A stretch of DNA of 64,000 nucleotides from Anolis carolinensis (taxonomy: Eukaryota). The DNA lies in NCBI RefSeq assembly GCF_035594765.1, contig NC_085847.1, positions 6,572,001-6,636,000 of the forward strand, in the 5' to 3' direction. Each line of letters starts with the position of its first letter. The first letter of the stretch is position 1. Under the pieces are notes generated by a model that was given only the letters and a program-made list of their open reading frames with translations, was not told where the DNA came from and made no database searches. The translations under genes and the position numbers were made by a program. Of this stretch, positions 54,006-64,000 are shown piece after piece.

Positions 54006-56677
54006 TGGACAAGCAAGGATTCAATCCCTGGTCTCTAGAGCCATAGTCCAACACTCAAACCACCACTTTGTGCTTCTCCATAAATCCAGCATACAGAACA
54101 CCTGGTTTCCTCCCCTGTGCTTCCCTGTTCCAAACGGCCCCTTCTCTTCCTCCGCTTTACCTGAGGCCCTGGCAGAGAAGCCTCTGCATCCCCCAGGTGC
54201 CACCTTCTGTCACATCTTCTGGCTCGGTGGGCTCAGGTTGCTCTGGCCCAGCCGGCCTAATCCCCCCTCCTAGCTGGAGAATGGCACAGCTGGGTCTCCA
54301 GCAAACGGGGCCGCGTGAGTGCGCTCTGCCCTGTAATCTGATAGGACGTGTGCACAGTGCGTGGCGTTGAGCTGGGCTCGGTGCACCGCAAAGGGCTTCT
54401 ATTTTCGGCCCAGGAGCCTGATTAGGGAAGACACGGAAAGCCAAAACAAGGAATCTTCAGAGAGACAGACCAAAGCAAGGGAGAGGGGGAGAGAGAGAGC
54501 CCCTTCCTCCTTCATTTCTTGGTGTAAGCCACAATGCGGTTCCCTGAAAGCTGATGCTTGTCCATGTTGGAACCCAAGTGTCTGGTTTTGACATGCAAAG
54601 AATCTGACAAATACAGATATTGTGTAGAAGAGGACAGCATAAGATGCAGGTATCAAATAATCATGATGGCTGAGAGCATCAAATGGAACTAAACTGCATT
54701 TTGTATGCAGGGATGTTGGAATTGTTTTTTAGGAGGATCTTAACATTGGTGGGCAGGTTATTAATTTTACTTACCTGAAGAGCAGTATACTCTTCCCATC
54801 TATTAGCACTGCAGCATCCTTAAATAGAAAGATTTGTACAAGTATAGTGTAGACATAGAAGTCCCTTTTATGAATTCAGGGTAACGTACTCCCAAGTAAG
54901 TGCATCTAAGATAGATTGCAAGCAACCTGAGTGTAGCAGGGATTCCTTTGGCATGAACATGTACTGGTCTATAGCACATTAGTTCTCTTTTCTTCTGATA
55001 AGTGACATCAAGTCCCCTTGGACAATTTCTGCTTGAGAGGTAGCTACAAGGAATCTGAGACATCTCTTAGGTCTCCCTGAGAAAATTGCCTTCATAAACC
55101 CAAAACAGTTTGCCTTGAAGGGCGGAGAGAATCCTATCAAGGAACTGGGATTGCCACCACCAGAGAACTGTGCAGAGGAAGGATGCAAAGCATCCCAGAC
55201 TTGCCAAAGTACTTAACATCACTTAACCCCTGGCATAGCAGAGGGAGGGAGGGACGGCAAGAAGCGAATTGCACGTAGTTCATGCCCCATAATATACCAG
55301 CAAACACACTGGTTATTCTTGAAGGATGAAAATGAGAAAAAAGGATTTAGCCTTGGGAAGGATAACTACAATAGGTTTGGGGGCCAGGTTTCTTGGAATG
55401 ATAACCATTTACTTTAAAAGTAACTTTCCAAATTGATCTGGACCCCTTTAGGGTCTGTATTAAACCAAAGTGAAACATGTCGGGCAATCTGGTGCTGGAT
55501 CAGTCCCTTGATGTCTTCACATGGCCCTAATCACAACACAGAAAAGAAACAAGACAAGAAAGCTGGTAAGCCTTCCGTCAAGTGAGTCTTCTCCTACGCA
55601 GAACAGAGCATTGTTGCACTTGCCCCAGAGCTTCTGACAACCTTAATTTGTTTCTGAACCTGACCTTTTATATTCTGGCCTGAGGGATTTTCTCAGAGTT
55701 GCTAGGGTGAGGCCACTCGCACTGCTAGATGTGGCCTTTTCACACAACGAGCATCACAAATCTTGCCTTCCCAACTTTGTTCTGCGGGAGCCAGCGGCAT
55801 TCTGAGCAAATTTAACAGAAGTAGAAGGTTATTTGACTGGAGACCCAGGTGGAAAGCAGGAGAAAGAGCAATCACAGAAAAATCTGCTCAGGTCTAGTTG
55901 TAGAATGTGCTGCACATTTAAAATAGCTTGATTCTACTTTAACTCTCTCTGTTCTCAACTAGGGAATCTTGGAATTTGTAGAGTGGTAGGTTACTTAGAA
56001 TTCTATGTGGGAGAGCTTTGTATCACCCCTGAACTCCTGCACTAGAAGGACTTTTGTCAGCAATCCATAATATCTTCAAATGGCAAATGTCATAATTATG
56101 GGCAGTAAAATATATATTTCCTTTTAAATGTCTGGAACTTCCCACTGCTCTGGCTCACAGAACAACCCTGGGGATTATGTGGGGGAAAGGAAAAAACATC
56201 CCTTTCCTCTTTCTATTGTTTTTGTGCAGTTTGAAATCATTTCCAATTTATGACAGCTCCAAGGTGAAACTATCATAGGGTCTTCTTTGCAAGATTTGTT
56301 CAGAGGCAGTTTGCCTTTGCCTTCCTTTGAGACTGAGACGGTGTGACTTGCCCCATCTGTCTTCCCAGCCAAGTGGAGATTTGTACCTTGGTGTCCTAGA
56401 ATCCTAGTCTGACACTCAAACTGCTACTCCACGTTGGCTCTTTTATTACTGTGTATTTGAGGCAAATGTTGAATATTTGCCCTTTTGCATTTCACACATT
56501 TTCTCTGTTTAAATGCCATCCATTTGTGGTCTTGGAAGATGGGCAGGCAGAGTAATTCTAGCCTGTGTTTAGTTACCCCTAGTGAGTGATGTGAAGATTC
56601 CTCTGAAATATGCCATGAGAAATACATTTACAGGCATCTTTTTTTTTTTTTTTTTGCAGAAGCACTCTCACAAGTAT

Positions 56678-56862
56678 TGTCGAAGGTTTTCACAGTCAGA
56701 ATCCCTGGGGTGTTGTGTGGTTTCCGGGCTGTATGGCCAATGTGTTCTAGCAGCATTTTCTCTTGATGTTTTGCCTGCATCTGTGGCGAATGGCATTTTC
56801 AGATGTTCTGATAGTAGTAAAGCATTTACTACCATCAGAGCCTCTGAAGATGCCAACCACTG
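56678..56862 (-). mobile_element. Diverged Penelope-like fragment with fold-back inverted end
   Basis: Similar to 53668-53790; followed by an inverted copy at 56825-56854. Confidence 0.6.
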
Positions 56863-59069
56863 TCATGAGTATTTTAAGTTAGATTGCAGCTGTGACAATG
56901 GGAAGGTGTATTAACCCTTTCCCCCATGTTAAGCCCAAATGCAAATGATATCTTTCAAGATACCATATACTATAGATCATTGGCAGCTGCGTCAGTGGGC
57001 AATGAATCTTCTCCAACATTTAAACCAGGCTTTCGGGGAGCCATCCTAGATATTGAACCCCTTCTCCTACAATAAACTCAGCAACTTGAATACTGTCCTA
57101 AACCTAGAATAGATTCACTGCCTCACTGACATGGGGGCTATCTGCCATTATGACCTCTAAAGCCCTGTGCAGCATAGATCCAAAAGGATTTTAAATGGAG
57201 GAGGTGTTATTTTGTTTTTCTTTTCTTTCATCTGTTATGTTGTAAATATAGTAAAACAGCCTTTGATTCAGTGCCAGTTTTTGAAACAATAATTGGATTT
57301 TTTTTTACCATTATGGTTGAGTGTAGCTGTTCTCTTGAGTCCCATACTTGGAAAAAATTGGGATATATATAAATACAATGAAATGTGGTGGCACAAACCT
57401 AGAACCATGGGCAAGTATCTGGAAAAGGCAGCATCGGTGTGCCTGAAGCATCAGCTAGGACATAGACAGGAAAGCATCCAGCTTCTCATGCCATCACCTG
57501 GACACCCAAGTGGTTCTTGCTTGTGGGGCTGTGACTGAGATGATTGTCGTTGTTGAAGATTACATAAGTAGCGTGGCGTGGGAAGACACGGCAGCATCCT
57601 TTCGGCGCGGCTGTTCCACCAAAAGCATATTTTCATCCTAAAATAACCTCCTCAACTGAACATACAAAACAATCTGGCTAAAATTAAAACAGCCATTTGA
57701 AGCCTCCGTCTGTTGCTGCCTAAGGCTTTTTCATTATTCTTATCCCCCCACCCCCCATTTTCTCTTTTTGCAAGTTCACTGAAACAGAAAGGAATATTTG
57801 GGGGGGACACACTGGCTTCGAGCTTCATGCCCTAAGATGGATGGTGGGACAGTTCTTTCTGTCTCATGTCCATGGATGGTCAAACCCTAACTGAATGCCA
57901 CACTGAGCTACATTTCCACAAATCAAAGCTTGTCTAGCCATTGCATCCAGTCTCTGCCTTCCCAGTGAGGAGTCTTGTCTGCAGCTTTCCTGTAAACAAT
58001 TTAAAAAACACAATTTGGTCGTCCTCTGGCCTCCTTTCCAAAAAAAACCATCTGCCACTGTTGCTTTGAGGGGATGAGGGACCCTACAGGCTCATCAGCC
58101 CATCTGCTAAAGAAGGCATCGCAGATGTGCCTTGAAGTGAGCCAGTGCTCTCAACCATGCATGGCAGTGGAGTGAGTCAAAGGTTGAGGCTTTCCATTTC
58201 TGCCCTTGGTTCTTAGCATGAGTGATGTCTTAGATGAGGCACACAGTGCCGGTGCACAGCTTAAGCCAAGATATAGTCACTATTGGTCGCCTTTGATGAC
58301 ACAGTTCATGGGGGAGAAGGTAAAAACAAAGTGGTACTCGCACCAACCATTCTCCTTTTCCAAAAGCACAGGGAACCTTGAGAAAAAGTGGAAGGAATTG
58401 ACTGGAGTCCAGAGAGCGTATTAAGATTTGCCACCCCGTTGACATGGGCGCTACCACTGTCACCTAGACAGTAGATTTGAGAAATGGCACCATCATCTTG
58501 CCGCTGATCTTTCTTTCTCTATGTTATTTTCTTCCTCTCTTCCTCACATGCACACCCCATGCTGTGTTCCAATCTAGAGCAGTGTGGGGAAGAGGGCACA
58601 TAATTTTCACTTTTCATTCTGTGTGCAACAAAGGGGAAAGATCAGCAGTAACAGCTCAGCAAGAGGAAGAAGATGACCACTGAGAATCAATTGAGTGGGT
58701 TACTGAGCATTATTGCAAAACTCAGGATAAAAAAGTTCTGCAAACCTGGAGCATGAGGAAGACAGCCAAGAAATGATTTTCATAACTTACAGTATTCTCA
58801 GTGATCAGCTGCTGGCTTCTGAGTCAGTTTGGTAGTGATTCTGCTCCAGGTTTTAGTGTGAATCCAAAATGGGTTTATCGCCCTAGGTAGCTTTAAATGC
58901 CCGGGGGGGGGGGGGGATTCCAAAACAGACTTGCTACTACATGTTTAATTATTTCATGGTTTTATATTTTATGTTTTTCAGTTATACTTAACACGTTCAT
59001 TGTGATTTACGTTTCTTTATGCATCATGATTTGTTCTTTTGATTCGCTGTTCTGATATAATTCTTTGGA

Positions 59070-59126
59070 TTTATTACTCCACTTTGCATTATTATTATTC
59101 CACTTTGCATTATTATTACTCCACTT
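59070..59126. repeat. 21-bp tandem repeat, ~2.7 copies
   Basis: TTATTA(C/T)TCCACTTTGCATTA repeated. Confidence 0.8.
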
Positions 59127-60959
59127 ACTGTAAGGCACAGGAACCCATTATCACTAGAGTGGATCAGATACTGAAGTTCAGGTATGAAGGTATCTGGGGA
59201 TTCAGTCCTCGGAAAGGAATGTGCTCAAAGGGAAATCCAATAAGTTTATCCTTGTCACAGTAAAGAAGAATAAATCACTGGCAGCATGTCTTCTACATCT
59301 GACTCTGGAAATCTGGCTTTGCAGAGTCACATGACGGGACTGTGCCCTAAAGCGGACCTGGAGTAGGTGTTCTCCAGCCTAACAACCTAAAGTCAGTTGC
59401 TGGACCGGTCCAAGGTATGGCCCAAAACTCATCACTGTGACACACATGGCCTGGTGAGGCATCCATCACTCACCAGCTTTGGGAGCTATGGCATGAAGAG
59501 AGGCAGCCTGGGACAACCTTCTCTCATCCAGGCTTCCTCCATGAACTGGCTGCAGCGGGGCAGAAGTAACCTTTGGGGAGCAGGAGCAAAACAGCCAAGG
59601 ATTAGTTATGTGTTGGGCTGAGACTCTGATTGGTAGCCAGAGGGCTTCAGCTTGTGCTGGTGTCAGATTTGTGCCCAAAAGATGCCAATCACTGCCATGC
59701 TAGGATGCACAGATCTGAAATGTGTAGCTAACCAGCTTCGACAAAGAGCTATCCATCTGTCCATTCCAGCCTCAGTCAAGTCTCAGCCTTTATGTACCAC
59801 CAACAAAAGAGTTTGGCGGGAGGAGGGCAAATTTGGGAAGCTACTATTAACAAGCATAGGTTGGAGAGCACCCCTGAGCCCTCATTTCTTGCAGGCCAAA
59901 TTGCCTTGCCTGCTCAAGAAGCTTGTCTTTGTAGGCAGCTGGAATCCAGCACAAAAGGAGGGAACCCACCGGAAGGCCTCCCTTGAGATTCAGCCAAAGG
60001 AGACGGGGAGCTTTACAGCCAGGCAACTGACCCACTTTGGGAAGCGTTTAAAAATATGTTTAATATTATTGGTCCTTTCAAGACATGTTTGCACTTGAGT
60101 CAAAAGAGGTAAAAAGAGCCGTCACTTGTCTAACTTTGCACTTCGTTGGCTGGCGAGGGGGGAGGGGAATCAAAGACAACATGTGAAAGAATTACATCTT
60201 ATGGCCTTCAATTGACAGGCTTCACCAGCAGCCCTGCAGGGATGGGCACTCAAGATGGCAGCCGGGACAACTTGTGCCTGATTCTGGCAGGTCACATGCT
60301 AGGGTTGCAAGCCCCTTGAGGAGCTAGATGTCCTTCATCATGCTAATACATGCTAATCCTCACTTGGGCAGTCGACTGGGGGCACCGACTGGCAACCCTT
60401 TGATGGCACCCTCCAAAATTGCTGACTCTTCCCAGGCATTAGTCTTGTGTCACAAAGAGGCCTGCTCTCCAAGCTGCTGGATTCTTGGAGCAAGAGCTGT
60501 ACTCCTTCTACATAAGTGTTGTAATTCCATCAGGGGTGATTGTGGCCTTATGCTCTTCAAGTATGACTGGCTTCTTTTGGGGTGCCTGAAGTCCAAGAGC
60601 TGTTTGCTTCTTCCTAACTCTGACAGAGCTGTCTGATTTCACTTTCTGTTCACCTCAAAATAGTTTGCTGTCTTTTAGCCCCTGTCTGTCAAGTGCCAAG
60701 ATCTATTGTGCCACCAGTCTGTTGTCTGCCAGACAGATTGTAAAACTGATTCTGTTGTGCGCCTTAAACTGACTGCATAGTCTAAAATGGGCATCAGAAT
60801 CCTCCAACCCTTCAGGTGTTGTTAGACTGCAAGTTCCAGCACTTCTTATCTTTGTCTGTGATGACTAGGGCAGGCTTGAAAGCTCATCTACACTGTATTA
60901 AGGAAGTGAGCCTAGACTGGAGGTAGATGTTTGGCCAGATCTGGAGGAATATGGTGATT

Positions 60960-61115
60960 CAGGAGGCCAGAGTCCAATTTCTTGACCAACCATGAAACCC
61001 ACTGCATGACCTTGGGCAAGTCACACACTCTCAGCCTCAGTAAAAAGCAGTGGCAAACCTCTTCTGAACAAATATTGTAAAGAAAATCCTATGATGAGAC
61101 ACTTTGAAATGAAAC
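60960..61115 (+). mobile_element. tRNA-derived SINE fragment; related copies at 13718-13825, 24065-24230, 56230-56430(-), 39110-39300(-)
   Basis: Shared core TGACCTTGGGCAAGTCACAC(T)CTCTCAGCCTCAG...GGCAAACCTC(T)TCTGAACAAAT. Confidence 0.6.
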
Positions 61116-62260
61116 AAGAGACAGTGCCAGAAGGTGAAACTCCCAAATTGGATGGCACTCGATCAAGATCAGAGAACAACTATGAGTAGTGCTGACGCTA
61201 CTGGCACAACTGGATCAAGTCAAAAAGACATTGAGTTGTTGACATGTTCAGAAGTGGAAGAAAACTCCAAAGCTGTACAACTATTATAGAAATGTTTGCT
61301 GATAGTTACCGTATATGTGTTGGATTACACTCTATTGCTTTGGGAATTTGGTCCCAGGCTGTCTTTTCTCCCAGCTAACGGTTCTAGCACCTTGTCCATC
61401 AATATACAGTCTGATGTGTTCTTTCCTCTGACTCATAAGCTTCTTTTCTTAACAATCAAACCTTCATGCTTTTCCTCTTTGAGAAGTTGAGGAGATTATT
61501 AAAGTACCTAAGTAGCTGGAATCACTTTGCCTTGAGCCTTTTAGGTCTCCCAAAAGCACTTGAGACTAATTAGTCCCAAATGGGCCACTGGTCTGTTGTG
61601 TTGTCTGTCAAGTACTCTTGTCATTTGACCACATTTGCCATGTCTGTCAGGACTTAGTAATCCTCACACATTAAGGCTCCCTGCATAATTGGGGAAAGTG
61701 CTGTTCAGCCTTGCTTTGCATAATTCCCACAATGCAATGCAGATTTGTTTCCCCAAATCATTAATAAGCAATAAGGACATTATATAAGCAGTGGCACTGG
61801 CTTTCCATCCTTTTTTGCTTTCCTTGTTCAAGCATTCTCATTGCAAACCCTTTGAAATTATAGGTGAAGTACGTCTTTGGCCAGGGACAAGCTGCAAAAG
61901 AAAAGGGACTAAGCTGCCGTCAGGAATCAAAGGAATACATTACTTATGTGTAACAAGAAATATTATTGGGACACCTTTAGGATGAACTGATTTTACTTGA
62001 TTATTTGATAGAAAAGAGCTTAGTCTTCAATGTGCCACAAGACTTGTTGATATGCTGGAATATATTCATATTTCTTTATAGCAGAGGGAGAGGGGAAGCA
62101 GGGCTCTTCCTTCAGCTCTCCTGAAAGGTCAGCTTTCTTGGGCTGCTCCCTAAATGATGGCCAGTGAATTCCACATCCAGGCTTTGAGGAATTTTCTCTG
62201 GATATTTATCCATTTTGTAAAGGAGCCCTTGAAACTACTGGAACTGTTTTGGGGATAGGT

Positions 62261-62281
62261 TTCAGCACCTTGGAGAGCTCC
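62261..62281 (+). promoter_or_regulatory. REST/NRSF RE1 site
   Basis: TTCAGCACCTTGGAGAGCTCC versus consensus TTCAGCACCnnGGACAGCGCC, with canonical 2-nt spacer. Confidence 0.7.
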
Positions 62282-64000
62282 CTTACAGCCTGAATAAAAG
62301 ACAAAGCAGACTGCTCACTCCACACAGGTAGAAGTTGCCAACTGCCATAGTTTTTTCCGTTTGAGCTGGTGTTTTCTTAAGTTACAATAATGATGACGAT
62401 ACCGGTGATGGCAAATGGTTCTATGGATTCCCACTTCACCCCACCTCATGTTTTGCACTCATGATCTTGACATTACCTGAGCCCCTATTCAAGAGGTTTG
62501 TTGACCAGCCTCACCTGCCCTCAGGGCAATAGGATCTTGTTTGTTTCCATTTCTGTGCTAGAGACCAAGGCGTCAGGAGCAGATGCATCAAAGGTGCTGA
62601 TACTCCAGGCAGATCACAGAAATAAGATCACGGTTTAGCAAAAGGTTTCAATTACTCCAAACTGGCACTGGTAGCAACTTGCCTCCTCTAGTTTCCACTG
62701 ACAATTAGCACTCATGCACCCTGCTCACTCTGAAAAGTGGAAAAGCCTTGAGAAAGGGGGTAAATGTCCACATAGAATGAGGGAAACATCCATTGCCAAT
62801 GACAGGTGGTGGCATCTTTGTCAGAAGAGAAGCAAATCTGCTCTGGATTTCAGTATGAACTTGAAAGGAGCTATCCTAAGGTGCTGAACCCTATCCCTAC
62901 CATTCAGCACCTTAAGAAGCTCTTTTGAAGTTCAGACTGGAACCCAGAGCAAATTTGCAACATACACATAGAGACAAGACACACGCCATTGACATGGAGA
63001 CCACCAGCTGCCTCTGAAAGCAGCACAATGGTATTTTCTTACATGCAAATCAGATCTGAAAACACCAGTGACAAAGAAAGCGCTAGACTGAATCAAACTG
63101 ACCACATTGTATGTTAAAAATGAGCAAACCATTTGTGAGCTGGTGGGCTAGAAAACTGTTAGCTGAGGCGAGATGGCTATCTGTCAGGCCTGCTGCAGTT
63201 GTCACCTGTTCTGCTGATCGGGCATTGTGCAGTGGATTGGACTCTTTAAAATCCTTTCAAACTCTGTAATTCTGCCATTCTATTCTAAATGACCAGCTGC
63301 TGCCAACTGAAGCTGGCAGCAGGAGGAGGAGGGAAGGAGAAGAGGCAGAGAAACCTTGTCCAAGTTCCAAATTATTCGAGGTTTGTTTGTTTGTTTAATG
63401 AATCCCTTTGGAGTCCTTCAGAAGAGCTCCAAAGTCCAAAAATAAAACAAAACCAGGCTTTCTTTCTTCTTTTGAAGTGCCCAGTCCTGTCTCTTAAGAT
63501 TTTGTGCTTCATCAGTCAGCCCAGGAAAAGAGGGCTGTGAGCATTTGGCCTTCCCTGTTGCACCCCACACACAAGGAACTTTCCTCATACCTGGTGAGCC
63601 TTGGTCTTGACTCCTTATGTGAAGAACCTTGTAGGTCACCCATTGCAGGGCTGTTATTGAAGAGGAAGGGTATGAAATGTCAACAGAATTCATTTATTAC
63701 ATGAAGAACACAGCTGCTGATGGAGGATATGTATATGACTTGATGAAGCAGCGAGAGACCAATATCCCTGTTGCGTTGGTCACTATATAACCCCTTTATG
63801 TATTTATTATAGGAGCCACATTGGATCTGTGCAGAACTTATAGAAAAAGAGGCTTGTAGAGGAAAGCCTCTCCCCTGCTATATTCCTGTCCCAGCCTACA
63901 AAATCTTCACTTCCCAGTGTCTCATCATCAGGGCTTAGACATGGAGTAAGAAGAGTTGACTCAGAATCATCCCCAATGGGCATTTCACAATTGTTCACCA

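Noticed and set aside
54000-64000. CABP1 coding exons (and MSI1 exons in 1-6400)
   Set aside because: No EF-hand or RRM coding sequence found; these genes are inferred to lie outside the window.

Overview
Vertebrate (squamate reptile, most likely Anolis lizard) genomic DNA. The repeat content supports this: Sauria SINE, Penelope, CR1, L2 and Tc1/mariner-type MITEs. The window carries the conserved housekeeping cluster COX6A1(+), TRIAP1(-), GATC(+), SRSF9(-), DYNLL1(+), COQ5(-), RNF10(+), POP5(-), in the same order and orientation as human 12q24.31 / chicken chr15. All eight genes could be assembled by hand into complete open reading frames with consistent splice phases. Both ends (1-6.4 kb and 53-64 kb) are intergenic, by synteny upstream of MSI1 and CABP1. 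Most notable observations: (1) an ATF4-like uORF arrangement on RNF10 (a 3-codon uORF plus a 112-aa overlapping uORF); (2) two candidate unproductive-splicing/NMD switches in SRSF9 (a 3'UTR intron and a poison exon); (3) Penelope-borne minimal hammerhead ribozyme motifs, one with an intact core; (4) an orphan CCAAT/TATA promoter with a structured leader, divergent from POP5; (5) an inverted pair of REST/RE1 sites near the CABP1 side; (6) a GC-AG intron and a Gly-rich loop insertion in TRIAP1. Coordinates were counted by hand; no database searches or folding programs were run.
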